64,000 nucleotides of DNA, from the IMG/VR virus record IMGVR_UViG_3300020207_002070; one strand, 5' to 3'. The position numbers were made by a program, and so were the translations under genes. Positions 10,267 to 19,881 of the stretch are shown here, one piece after another; position 1 is the stretch's first letter, and the number at the start of each line of letters is the position of its first letter. This DNA comes from an uncultured virus (IMG/VR IMGVR_UViG_3300020207_002070). Its lineage: Duplodnaviria; Heunggongvirae; Uroviricota; Caudoviricetes. The notes beneath the pieces were generated by a model. The model searched no databases, was not told the DNA's origin, and was given only the letters and a program-made list of their open reading frames with translations.

Positions 10267-10840
10267 TTTTTAAATCCCAAGTAAAACTAAAGTCGTCTAT
10301 TACATATGTAACAACAGTATTTATTGGGTTATAAAACTGCAAATCAATTATTCCAGTGCATAGCATTGTATCTGCTGGCATTGCACCGTTAGTTTCTACA
10401 AAGTTTACAAGTTTTTTTGCACCTTGAGGACTAACACAATATCCCATTGCGCCGGCCCACCATTCACCTAAATAAATTTCCTTTGCTTTTTTATTAGTAG
10501 AAAGTTTAATAACATCATTAAATTCTACTTCCGGAAAAGATTTATGTATTGTAACATCATGCTCTAATATACAAATAGATTCGTCAAGTTCAATACATTT
10601 TTTCCATAATCGATAATGACTTAAGAAACATCCAACAGTGCCAACACGTTCAAATGATGCAATAGCCTTTTTATATTTAGAATTAATTTTTATGTTATAA
10701 TCTTTTAACGTTTCTTTTTGTCCGTTACTACCTTCGAAAAAATATACATCCCAGTTATGCATCCTAGCAGACTTGTATGCTTTTTGTGCCCATTCTACGC
10801 TGTTAGGAAAATCAGACAATCGTATAATATATGATTTCAT
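10256..10840 (-). CDS. Glycosyltransferase family 25
   Basis: YIIRL, GCFLSHYRLWKKC, ILEHD, GYCVSPQGAKKL, PAD. Confidence 0.85.
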   Translation of the reverse strand: MKSYIIRLSDFPNSVEWAQKAYKSARMHNWDVYFFEGSNGQKETLKDYNIKINSKYKKAIASFERVGTVGCFLSHYRLWKKCIELDESICILEHDVTIHKSFPEVEFNDVIKLSTNKKAKEIYLGEWWAGAMGYCVSPQGAKKLVNFVETNGAMPADTMLCTGIIDLQFYNPINTVVTYVIDDFSFTWDLKNGR

Positions 10841-11469
10841 TCTAAATAATTCCTGTATACATTGAGATATTTTTCAGTTTCTTTTTGTTCACCTTTAAGA
10901 GTTAAAAACGCACTAGGGTGTTTAAGTTTACCTATTGTAATCCAAAGTTTATCTGCTGCTTCAAATTTATACTTGTTTGCAAGTTGATTTAATATAGTTT
11001 GATCTCTTCCCCACCGCCATTTTTCAATCGGAGTAGAGGTTAGCTCGCTTGCATATTCTTGTCTAAACCCGTTATCGTTAAATGTAACGAATCCTGCAAG
11101 CCATCTGCTTTCTTTATGATGCTTTAGTACATATTGTTTTTCAAATAATCTCTCTGTAGCAACTTTTCCAATTCTACGTGTGCAAATAGTATCAGCATCA
11201 AGAGTTATAACATTTTCGTTATTTTTAAATTTATTAGCAACAGCTAAAAATCTTACACTTTGTAAATATGATATTTTTGATTCGTCGTTTACAAATTCTC
11301 GTTCTTCGGTAGTTATACTAACATTATCTAAAGAATTTTCAACAGTAGGATTAACAATATGACAATGTAGATTAATCCAAGGGTTGTGCCTGTGAATACT
11401 TTCTAGTAAAGGCACAGCCCATTTATTATAGTATTCTTGATCTACACCTAATAAAATATTACACTTCAC
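10837..11469 (-). CDS. Putative GT-A nucleotide-diphospho-sugar transferase
   Basis: YLQSVRF, TLDAD (DxD), LAGFV, WGRDQTIL. Confidence 0.6.
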   Translation of the reverse strand: MKCNILLGVDQEYYNKWAVPLLESIHRHNPWINLHCHIVNPTVENSLDNVSITTEEREFVNDESKISYLQSVRFLAVANKFKNNENVITLDADTICTRRIGKVATERLFEKQYVLKHHKESRWLAGFVTFNDNGFRQEYASELTSTPIEKWRWGRDQTILNQLANKYKFEAADKLWITIGKLKHPSAFLTLKGEQKETEKYLNVYRNYLE

Positions 11470-12128
11470 TTTTTTGCCTTTGTTAAACTATAAATTTTTT
11501 GATCTATTGGTCCTTTAAATATTCCAAAACTTCTATTAGTAGAATCAAGGGTATTGTAATTAGATCTTTTTTTAAAAACGTGCATTTCCGGTAAAGTATA
11601 AACACTAAAATTTTTGTATATAAAGTTTCTAACACTTACATCAGATGCCCAATGTAATGTTTCTGTATCTAAAATATTATTTGCAAAATTATTAACAATA
11701 TCAATAATATCTTTTCGAAGGATCATCATTGCCATGCCTCCTTCATCGCCGTTCTTTTTTAGTCTACTAATATTAATAGCTTCGTGATTTTTAAAAATAT
11801 TATTAATTATTTCTTGTGGTATAGATTTAAGAGCAATAAGATCAATGTCAGAAACAACAACATTCTCGTTTACTACTGGCATACTTTTCCAACGACTTAG
11901 TGCGTAGTACCCTTTAGTATCTCTTCCTGTTGTATTATACTTTTGTTCTATATCTTCAAAACTAATATTTTCTTGGTTTAAGTAAGATATAGTAGAATTA
12001 TTAGGTAGTTGATTACCTAAAAAATATAAAGAAAATTTTGAGTTAGGATAAAACTGACGAATAGTTAAAGAATACAAATTATAAAAATTATTATAATATG
12101 TATTATCGGCAGCAGTGTGGAAGATCAT
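11466..12128 (-). CDS. Putative GT-A glycosyltransferase
   Basis: YYALSRW, VSDID (DxD), WASD; layout resembles 10837..11469. Confidence 0.45.
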   Translation of the reverse strand: MIFHTAADNTYYNNFYNLYSLTIRQFYPNSKFSLYFLGNQLPNNSTISYLNQENISFEDIEQKYNTTGRDTKGYYALSRWKSMPVVNENVVVSDIDLIALKSIPQEIINNIFKNHEAINISRLKKNGDEGGMAMMILRKDIIDIVNNFANNILDTETLHWASDVSVRNFIYKNFSVYTLPEMHVFKKRSNYNTLDSTNRSFGIFKGPIDQKIYSLTKAKK

Positions 12129-12580
12129 ATCGTAGCATCTTCCATTCCTGCTACACGTAGTTTAACTACGTTTGTAATTTGCCACTGCTTTTGATCAAGT
12201 GCTTTAAGCACACCTAACCATTTATTTCTTATCAATGCAAATTCATTGATAATTTTTTCATAGTCAACTACATCTGCTTCACCGTCAACGTATTTTTCAA
12301 CGTCACGACTAGACAAAGCTCTTTGATAGTTTTCAAGATACTTTTTAAAATATGAGCTACGCAATCTACGTAGCTCAATATTTAGATAGTTAAGAATGGC
12401 TTCAATTTCTTGTAGTTGATTAAAACGATGTTCTACGATGCCTGGCATAGCAGCCGCACTTTTTTCGACATTACCTACGAGCTTACATTCTGCTCGTGCT
12501 TGTATCAGTTCTGTTTCAAAAAAAGATACAGCATCCGGTATTTTAGAAATGTCACGGCTTACTTCACTATACCATCCCAT
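12125..12580 (-). CDS. uvsY: UvsY-like recombination mediator
   Basis: Helical 151-aa protein with DVEKYVDGE and WQITNVVKLRVAG; lies downstream of uvsX. Confidence 0.75.
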   Translation of the reverse strand: MGWYSEVSRDISKIPDAVSFFETELIQARAECKLVGNVEKSAAAMPGIVEHRFNQLQEIEAILNYLNIELRRLRSSYFKKYLENYQRALSSRDVEKYVDGEADVVDYEKIINEFALIRNKWLGVLKALDQKQWQITNVVKLRVAGMEDATI

Positions 12581-12810
12581 TACCAGTCCTCTTCTTCGTC
12601 CTCGTATGTTTCTTCATCGTCTAATTCTAGATAATAATTAATAGCAGAATCTAGTTGAGCATCTGTTCCGAGTAGTTCTTGGAATGTTTCGTCACTAATG
12701 CCATAATCAGCAAGTAGGTCAACAAAACGCTCAGCTGCCATTTCAATATGTTTCTTATCTAGATATTCTTTGAACATCATCCAAACATCAGCAATTTGAT
12801 CTTCATTCAT
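12580..12810 (-). CDS. Small acidic hypothetical protein
   Basis: 76-aa ORF overlapping both neighbours, SD GAGGAG, acidic tail. Confidence 0.7.
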   Translation of the reverse strand: MNEDQIADVWMMFKEYLDKKHIEMAAERFVDLLADYGISDETFQELLGTDAQLDSAINYYLELDDEETYEDEEEDW

Positions 12811-13894
12811 TTACGGTTGGCTCCTCGATTAGTTCGTCAGTTGCTTCTTCGTCAACTTCAGAGGTATTTACCATAGAAGCTTCTTTAATCAAGTAATCTG
12901 ACATAACTTTATCGAGTAGTTCACCGTTCCAATTTTTACGATATTCAAGTAGTTCTTCACCGTCCACTGTTTCGTAACGCAAGCGATTGCCTTGTTTGAC
13001 AATAACGCCTTTTGCTTCAAACAGTTCAAGTAGTCCACTGTAAGGATTCATACCTGTTTCGTATGGAATCTTAACCTGCACACCTTCAAACGGTTTAGCA
13101 TAACGTGTTTTCATAACCTTACAGGCTGCACGAATACCACGCACTTCGCTAATCTTGTTACCGTCTTCATCTTCTTTTAGTTTCAACTTCTTCATTGCAA
13201 CTACAATAGATGATGCATAGATAAAACCTTGACCACCTGAAATCTTATCATCTGGATCAAACATATCTTGCGATGCGTATGTGTGGTTAGTTGCTACAAG
13301 TCCTACATTATGTGAACCAAACATGTTAACAGTGTTACGAACAAGTGAAGTCAATGCCTTAGGCTTACGACCCATATCGCCTTTCATATCACCTTTGTTA
13401 AACTGATCAACATCTGTAGGTGTTAACAACATACCTAGTGAGTCAACTACAAACAATACTTTAGGACGGTCTTCTTCCGCCATTGCTTTGTAGTCTGCCA
13501 TAAACGTACTAATAGTCTTAGCTACGTCATCAATCATTGACATGTTAAGTTTTAGTAGTTTATCTTCTGATGTATCTACATCAAGTGCTTGTAGCCATGC
13601 TTCGTCAAGTGCGTTCTCTGAGTCAATCAGTACTACAAAGATACCTTGATCTTGTGCGCTCTTTACAATGTTGCCTGAACAAATGTAAGATTTACCTGCA
13701 CCTGATTCGCCTGCAAATACACTTACTTTGCCTAGTGGAACACCTTTATTCCAATCACCTGAAATAAGATAGTTGAGTGCGTAGTTACCTGTGCTAATCC
13801 AATCAGTAGGATCGTTAAATCCTGCACTCATGCCTGTAATGGATTTAGTTAACGAAGTTCGAAACTTCGTAGGATCGAATGCCTTTGTTGCCAT
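12803..13894 (-). CDS. uvsX: UvsX / RecA-like recombinase
   Basis: GESGAGKS Walker A, IDSENA, VVDSLG, SGGQGFIYASS, KTRYAKP. Confidence 0.95.
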   Translation of the reverse strand: MATKAFDPTKFRTSLTKSITGMSAGFNDPTDWISTGNYALNYLISGDWNKGVPLGKVSVFAGESGAGKSYICSGNIVKSAQDQGIFVVLIDSENALDEAWLQALDVDTSEDKLLKLNMSMIDDVAKTISTFMADYKAMAEEDRPKVLFVVDSLGMLLTPTDVDQFNKGDMKGDMGRKPKALTSLVRNTVNMFGSHNVGLVATNHTYASQDMFDPDDKISGGQGFIYASSIVVAMKKLKLKEDEDGNKISEVRGIRAACKVMKTRYAKPFEGVQVKIPYETGMNPYSGLLELFEAKGVIVKQGNRLRYETVDGEELLEYRKNWNGELLDKVMSDYLIKEASMVNTSEVDEEATDELIEEPTVNE

Positions 13895-13909
13895 ATGTAT
13901 CTCCTATCT

Positions 13910-13941
13910 AAAAAGCATAATGGGGGATTGCTCCCCCATTA
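13910..13941 (-). terminator. Intrinsic terminator or attenuator after gp32
   Basis: Stem TAATGGGGGA-TTGC-TCCCCCATTA (13918-13941), followed on - by TGCTTTTT. Confidence 0.7.
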
Positions 13942-13945
13942 ATTA

Positions 13946-14935
13946 TTACTGTCCTTGACGTGCTCTAATCATTGCTAGAATGTCTTGAGCATTGCCACCT
14001 TCTGCAGGAGCCGCTTCAGCCGCTGGTGCTGGAGTTGCTGCTGGTGCTGCCTCTGCTACTGGAGCAGGTGCTGCCTCAGGTGCAGGTGTTGCCGCTGGTG
14101 CAGGAGTACTTGCTGCCGGAGCAACAGGATCACCTGTACGTGCTGCCATACCTGCTGGACGGAAGTATTGACCCCATCTAGCTTCGTCATATGCTTCACC
14201 GTCTACTGACGCTTCAAACATTTCTTGCATGACTTTGAGTTCAACTTCACCTGGCTTCTTAGGTAGGAAGTCACTTAGATTAAACAAGCCGTGTGTGTTA
14301 ACAGCAGCCATTTCTGAATCACCTAGTGGACGCTCTCTACGTGCCCAATTAGATGTTGAGTAGTCTGCGTATCCGCCTTTGGATGTTTTGTTAAGACGGA
14401 AGTCAACACCAGCAGTGTAATCTGTTGGCAACTCTTCCATATCAGGGTCAAGCAATGCTGACTTGATAATTTCAAAAATTTGCGGACCGATAATAAAGCG
14501 TCTAATTGGATTCTCAGGTGCTTCATCATCTGCTAGTGGATTATCCACAACAAATCCTTGGAAGATATAAGAGCGTTTCTTCCAATACTTACGACCCATA
14601 TCTTCTAGACTTGGATCTTTAAACCAGCCACGCACTTCGTTAAGAATGTTACATGTCTCGCCGTACATTTCCATACATGGAATTTGTACTTGTACTGGAC
14701 GTGAATCAGTTTGTCCTTTTATACCTGCAAATGGAAGTTTGATAACAAGACGTTCTTTCCAAAAGAAAGTGTTGTCTTGATTGCCATCAGGAAGGAAACG
14801 AAGCACTGCGCTTTCGCCTTCTTTAATATTCCAAAACGGGTAAATTGGGTTTGGACCGCTTGGTCCGTTTGAACCGCCACCTTGACGTGACTCTTGCTCT
14901 TTTAGTTTAGCTCTAATTTCTGCTAATGATGCCAT
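13946..14935 (-). CDS. gp32: Single-stranded DNA-binding protein, T4 gp32-like
   Basis: AVLRFLP, YWKKRSY, GVDFRLNK, GYADYSTS; Ala/Pro linker and short C-terminal helix; adjacent to uvsX. Confidence 0.9.
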   Translation of the reverse strand: MASLAEIRAKLKEQESRQGGGSNGPSGPNPIYPFWNIKEGESAVLRFLPDGNQDNTFFWKERLVIKLPFAGIKGQTDSRPVQVQIPCMEMYGETCNILNEVRGWFKDPSLEDMGRKYWKKRSYIFQGFVVDNPLADDEAPENPIRRFIIGPQIFEIIKSALLDPDMEELPTDYTAGVDFRLNKTSKGGYADYSTSNWARRERPLGDSEMAAVNTHGLFNLSDFLPKKPGEVELKVMQEMFEASVDGEAYDEARWGQYFRPAGMAARTGDPVAPAASTPAPAATPAPEAAPAPVAEAAPAATPAPAAEAAPAEGGNAQDILAMIRARQGQ

Positions 14936-14995
14936 AGTAATGCCTCCTATAATTTATGCCTATGTGCTTTGTGCCTTTTTAACTTTGTAGCACAG

Positions 14996-15029
14996 TATTT
15001 ATAATACTATCAACTACTTAGTATGTCAA
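14996..15029 (-). promoter_or_regulatory. Overlapping sigma70-like and T4 late promoters for gp32
   Basis: TTGACA(15029-15024)-N17-TATTAT(15006-15001), overlapping TATAAATA (15003-14996). Confidence 0.75.
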
Positions 15030-15069
15030 GCCTTTTTTAAAGAAAAACTTGAAAAACTTTTAGAGGGCT

Positions 15070-16917
15070 TTACAGCCCTGCTAATCTTACAATATCTGCT
15101 GATTCAGTACTAGCAACTTGGTCTCCCATTGCCATTAACTTTCTTAGCATTTCTTTATCGCCTTTGGCTTTGGCTTGTTTTATTAATTTTTCCCAAGTTT
15201 CTCTATTTGGGATTTGTAATGTTTTTGACCACTCGTCGTCGGTAGGTGTTAATGTATCCATAAGTTCTGGATCTCTATAGCCAATTACTTCTGCTACACG
15301 ACTATTGATACGCTCAATAAACTGTTTTGCAGGATTAATAAACTCCTCACCATAATCTTTTTCTACCATAGTAAGAACTGCTGTTTCACCTTTTGGGAAG
15401 TTGCCTGTTGTATAATCAAAATACGAAAGGATAAACTCGCCTAACGGTGTTTTGTCATCTTCTTGTTCGATTTTAATCTTTTCGCCGTCCGGTCCGTCGA
15501 TCTCATCGCCTTTTTTCTTGCCATTCATTTTGGCTTGACGTACTGCATGTGCAAATGCATTGCCTTCGTCTGCGTCAGTTTCTTTTTCGCTAAATTGACC
15601 CATTAACTCTTCAAATGCATCATCTATTGCTTCGTCAGTCGTGCCTGAACGTGTTGTTAGGCCGCCTTTTAACTCTTGATATACGTCTTGTAGTTCATTG
15701 TGGAACTTATGTCCAAAGCCACTCTTTCTAATATGATTATACATACACACTCTAGGATCATTTAAACAGCCGTCGATAATACGTCTGATAGCAAAATCAT
15801 CCATGCCGTTGTCTTGCATAATTTGAGTCATCATATTTAATTGTGCTTCGTATTGTGCCTGACGATCTGCTCTGGCTTGTTGAAAATCTTGCCACTTACT
15901 TTTAATCCAATCAACAATACCTTCGTCTAATTGATCAGGTCCTAGTTCTTCTGCTTTAGTTGCTTCACTTACAAGATTATAAATGTATGGGAAAACATCT
16001 TGTAGTTCTTCGTTAAATTGCTTAATAGTAAGTTGATCAATCCAGTTTTCTGCAACATCATTTGGAACATCTTCTAGTACAGGTGCTTCATATGATTCTG
16101 CTGCTTCTTTATAAAAACTTTCTTTTTGAAGATTTTGAATTTCTTTTTTAATGTTTGCTGCACGTTCTTTAACAACATCAACATACCCTGCTAGGCTTTC
16201 TGCCATTACACTTGAACGCTTCATGTATGAATTAAATTTACGCAACTTTGAAAGTTCTTCTGATAGTCCAGTAATATGTTTACCAAAGTCGTCGTATGGA
16301 TTACCACCTTCGGCAACATGACGAGCCATTGCTCTTGCACCACTTAAATGCTTGTAAGGATATTTAAATTTTTCACCTTCTGCATTCTCTACAAATATTG
16401 CAGATATCTTTTGACTACGTGCAGTAGCACTTTCGGTATTAATTGCCTCAGTGTGTTTAATAGATAGCTTTGCATTACCTATTTTTTGAAAACTTGTTTT
16501 GTTTGTTCCATACATTTTTGATTCGTTCATTTGATCTTCCTCAGAGCGATTTGTAGCTAAAAAGTCATAATCTCTTTTGTCTAAATTTGACTTAGTTATA
16601 TTCCTTGTATCAAAATTTAACATACGTTTCTTACTAAACGTGCGAAGTTCTTTTAAAAAGTTATACCAGTTATCTCTAGTTGCTGAGTCTTCGTTTGCAA
16701 CAAAATCGTCACCATACATAACACTTAAATTTTCTTCATCAATTGATATACTTACTTGTCCTAAGACTCTATCCGATTCTTTGTATTCAAAATCAAAAAA
16801 TCTAGCATCAGTTGGTACATTAGTAACTTCACCATCACCATTACCGATAGTAACTCCTGGGAATCTACCTCTAATTTTATTAAAAAGTTCTTCTGCGATA
16901 TTGTCTAGGTTTTTCAT
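15070..16917 (-). CDS. Late-expressed hypothetical protein, probably head-internal or protease-processed
   Basis: Starts 5 nt after GATAAATA; several xxE-(S/A/G) motifs (MNES, MAES, VSEA, LDEG, TDEA, ADEG, STES); C-terminal IVRLAGL. Confidence 0.55.
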   Translation of the reverse strand: MKNLDNIAEELFNKIRGRFPGVTIGNGDGEVTNVPTDARFFDFEYKESDRVLGQVSISIDEENLSVMYGDDFVANEDSATRDNWYNFLKELRTFSKKRMLNFDTRNITKSNLDKRDYDFLATNRSEEDQMNESKMYGTNKTSFQKIGNAKLSIKHTEAINTESATARSQKISAIFVENAEGEKFKYPYKHLSGARAMARHVAEGGNPYDDFGKHITGLSEELSKLRKFNSYMKRSSVMAESLAGYVDVVKERAANIKKEIQNLQKESFYKEAAESYEAPVLEDVPNDVAENWIDQLTIKQFNEELQDVFPYIYNLVSEATKAEELGPDQLDEGIVDWIKSKWQDFQQARADRQAQYEAQLNMMTQIMQDNGMDDFAIRRIIDGCLNDPRVCMYNHIRKSGFGHKFHNELQDVYQELKGGLTTRSGTTDEAIDDAFEELMGQFSEKETDADEGNAFAHAVRQAKMNGKKKGDEIDGPDGEKIKIEQEDDKTPLGEFILSYFDYTTGNFPKGETAVLTMVEKDYGEEFINPAKQFIERINSRVAEVIGYRDPELMDTLTPTDDEWSKTLQIPNRETWEKLIKQAKAKGDKEMLRKLMAMGDQVASTESADIVRLAGL

Positions 16918-16928
16918 ATTAGTATTTA

Positions 16929-18509
16929 TCAATAGTTTGTAGATATGAAGATTGGCATTGGTGCATCATAATCGTCTATGTCTTCTGCTTGATTAAACGT
17001 GTCGTATACTCTTGGATCCCAATCTTTAAGAACATCCATCATCCTTATAGCAAGTAATGTTGCACTTACTAAATCGTCTGTCATACCTACTTTAGCTTGA
17101 AAACTTGTATTAGTAGCAACAAATCCTTTTAATTCAGATATTAAAGGTTTTGAATGTACAGTCATTCTATCATTTTCAATCATAGTTTTTAAACGACTAC
17201 ACGCTGTAATCTTTGTGCTGTGTGTAGTATTAAACCCTTTACGAAACTTGCGCACATGTCCTTTGCGAATAGGTTCAGACACAAATAGTCCTGGTATATT
17301 CTCTTCCCCAAAATCGTTTATAACGATTAGTGCTGCTTCTCCGATACCGTTATTTTCTACACTCCAATATACTCCATTGGGATTATTAGTTTCATTTGCA
17401 ACATATGTACAAATATCTGACAGTACACGTATTTGTCCTGGTATAGCAGTTGTATTGTGTTGCCATTCTGCAACCTGTTCGTATGTAGGAAGTTCTATGA
17501 CTTGAATTGCTGCATAGTCGCCGCCTGTACCCATTGATGGATCAAGTGCTACACAATAAGTATACTGACTGGTTGGCTTTTTATACCAACGTGTTTGTCC
17601 CATATTAATAATTGGAGACACACCTTCCATTACTGCTAATTTAATACTGTTAATAAGTGTTTCATCAAATACTAAGAATTCGCAGCCGTATTCACGTCTA
17701 AATTTTTCTTCACCAATACGTCCAATTTCTGCCACTTTCCATTCTTCGTCACGATCTGGATGTTCTTCCCAACTTGCTCTAAATGCATGAAATCCGTTTA
17801 CGCCTACTTCTTGTTCGTTACCGTGTTCGTCAAACTTTTGTTCTGCTTGTTTCCAAATAGTAGCAAATGTATCTTCGTCTGAGTTTGGTGTGCTTGTTAT
17901 AATAGCACGACCACCTGTTGCTAGTGTAGGTGATATTGAAGTCCAAAACTCTTCCGCAATGTTAGGTTGCACAAACGCAAACTCGTCACAGTATAGTAGC
18001 GAGATAGACATACCACGTCCTGTGTTGCCTGTTGTTGTTTGTGATACAATACGTGATCCGTTTTCGAACTCAATGCTACCTTTGTTATATGAAGTAACAC
18101 CTGCTCTAATATGGTCTGGACACATCTCGTATACATATCTAATACGTTGCATAATTTCTTGTGCACCTGTGTATTTGTGTGCGGCAATAAGAATAGTTTG
18201 ATCTGGATTAAACATAGCATACCAACAAAGATATATTGCGGCACAGGTAGTTTTACCTGTTTGCCTTGGCATCATATTAATATTAAAACGATAACTGTGA
18301 TACGAATGCATCAAACGTAACTGGTACTCGTATGGCTCAAACAACAATTTACCTTTTACAGGATGTTGAATATAACCAAAATGTTTTGCAAAATACAGAT
18401 ATCCTTCATCGGGATCCATACACAATGCAAGATCTTGTATTTGTTGTTCAGTATATGTTTCTTTTGTATTAGCCTTTTTGGTTAATACACCGTCTAAACT
18501 TTTACTCAT
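16929..18509 (-). CDS. gp17: Terminase large subunit
   Basis: YEYQ, MPRQTGKTT Walker A, YCDEFAF Walker B, TSTPN, nuclease LDPSMGTGGDY and DDLV. Start MSKSLDG at 18509, after a late promoter. Confidence 0.95.
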   Translation of the reverse strand: MSKSLDGVLTKKANTKETYTEQQIQDLALCMDPDEGYLYFAKHFGYIQHPVKGKLLFEPYEYQLRLMHSYHSYRFNINMMPRQTGKTTCAAIYLCWYAMFNPDQTILIAAHKYTGAQEIMQRIRYVYEMCPDHIRAGVTSYNKGSIEFENGSRIVSQTTTGNTGRGMSISLLYCDEFAFVQPNIAEEFWTSISPTLATGGRAIITSTPNSDEDTFATIWKQAEQKFDEHGNEQEVGVNGFHAFRASWEEHPDRDEEWKVAEIGRIGEEKFRREYGCEFLVFDETLINSIKLAVMEGVSPIINMGQTRWYKKPTSQYTYCVALDPSMGTGGDYAAIQVIELPTYEQVAEWQHNTTAIPGQIRVLSDICTYVANETNNPNGVYWSVENNGIGEAALIVINDFGEENIPGLFVSEPIRKGHVRKFRKGFNTTHSTKITACSRLKTMIENDRMTVHSKPLISELKGFVATNTSFQAKVGMTDDLVSATLLAIRMMDVLKDWDPRVYDTFNQAEDIDDYDAPMPIFISTNY

Positions 18510-18520
18510 ATTGTATTTAA

Positions 18521-18549
18521 CCAAAAAAATAGGCACTAAAGTGCCTATT
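18521..18549 (-). terminator. Intrinsic terminator
   Basis: AATAGGCAC-TTTA-GTGCCTATT followed by a T-tract on the - strand. Confidence 0.8.
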
Positions 18550-18569
18550 GATTCATCTGGGGGGATGTA

Positions 18570-19301
18570 TTATTTTTTACGGCAAGATCCTGGCTCGCCT
18601 CTTTTCTTACCCGGAACTTTTTCATAACCGTCCCAGCACTTGTCGTATACTTTACTGTTGCCGTGTGCTTCGTCTACGTCTGAGTCAGTCTTTTTTTTTG
18701 ACTTGGCTGCGTGTACTGCTTTACGCTGTGCATCGTTAGCATACTTGCCTTCGAGTGCTTTCATTAATTGTTCTTTAATTGATTCAACAGCCATTGCATT
18801 ATCGCCATCTTGTGCTTTAGCATACATTTTCTTTTGTTTGTTAATACCGCCCGAAAGTGTTTTAGTCATATAATGATGATCTTGGTACTCTGGTGCGCCT
18901 TCTGCATCTTCAGGTGCATTTTCAAAATCTTCTTCTTCTTCTTCGGCTTCTTCTACACCCATAATTGCTGCTTTCATTGCAGCCATATCAGGCTCGCCTG
19001 TGTTGTGCGAGTCTTTATCAATATGTGCATCGTGTGCCATTGGCATATCTACATGTTGTTCAATACCAGCTGCTTGTTGCATTAGTGAAATTAAATCTGC
19101 AACATTGTCTTTTCCTGAAGCAGTAACACTAACTGTAACTGGTTGTTCTTGTGTTGGCGCTGACATCTCTCCCATGCCGCATTCTTGTAATGATTCTAAA
19201 ATTACTTTCATGTCATTCACATCTTTTGCAGCCGCTGAAGGTTTTTTTCCTTTTTCAGCTGCATCAAAGTTTTTTAGTATGTCTAGCATATTGTTGCTCA
19301 T
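18570..19301 (-). CDS. Acidic, low-complexity hypothetical protein, probably head-internal
   Basis: 243 aa with ILES, VEEA, AVES, ALEG, VDEA motifs and a terminal module CWDGYEKVPGKKRGEPGSC. Confidence 0.5.
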   Translation of the reverse strand: MSNNMLDILKNFDAAEKGKKPSAAAKDVNDMKVILESLQECGMGEMSAPTQEQPVTVSVTASGKDNVADLISLMQQAAGIEQHVDMPMAHDAHIDKDSHNTGEPDMAAMKAAIMGVEEAEEEEEDFENAPEDAEGAPEYQDHHYMTKTLSGGINKQKKMYAKAQDGDNAMAVESIKEQLMKALEGKYANDAQRKAVHAAKSKKKTDSDVDEAHGNSKVYDKCWDGYEKVPGKKRGEPGSCRKK

Positions 19302-19303
19302 TT

Positions 19304-19861
19304 TTAACTCCCTACAGCACTAGTGCTGTTTTCTGTGTTTTCTATATCTTTGGAATCGCCTGTAGGTACGCCTTCAGTTGGATCGTAACCTCTTTCTTTA
19401 CGAGCAACTTCTAATTCTTTTAGTAAATCCATTACTCTATTTGTAGCAACTGCTTCTTGTGCGCTTTCGCCGCCCATATCATCTTCACCAATAATTGGCT
19501 TATATTCTGTATCTTCTTTTTCTTGTTGTTCGAGCTCAACAGGTTCGCCTGGAACTCTTACATTCAAGTGTGTATGATCAATACAGCAACAGTCAACAAG
19601 ATAACGTTCTAGTATATGTCCGACTGTTGGATAGCTTACTTCTGCTTCAAACGTATGCACTTCCATATTTTGTAATTGTGGAAAATCCATTGGTGTTTCT
19701 TGAATAGGTGTTCTCTTTGGACCGTTAAAGCTAACCAAGTCAAACTTTTCTAATGCAGTTTTCATTGTGCTTTCGCAGCCTTCAGGTAAATCACCTGCAA
19801 CTCTAATAATAAAGTTATAAGTCTTTTTAGATTCTGTTAAAATTTCACTAAATTTACGCAT
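19304..19861 (-). CDS. Hypothetical late protein
   Basis: N-terminus MRKFSEILTES resembles T4 capsid-targeting leaders; GATAAATA lies upstream. Confidence 0.55.
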   Translation of the reverse strand: MRKFSEILTESKKTYNFIIRVAGDLPEGCESTMKTALEKFDLVSFNGPKRTPIQETPMDFPQLQNMEVHTFEAEVSYPTVGHILERYLVDCCCIDHTHLNVRVPGEPVELEQQEKEDTEYKPIIGEDDMGGESAQEAVATNRVMDLLKELEVARKERGYDPTEGVPTGDSKDIENTENSTSAVGS

Positions 19862-19881
19862 GTTGGTTTTCCTATTATATG

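Noticed and set aside
13970..14130. GC-rich repetitive GCT/GGT/GCA tract
   Set aside because: It encodes the Ala/Pro linker of gp32; not a CRISPR or DNA repeat element. The overlapping Cys/Arg-rich + strand ORF is an artefact.
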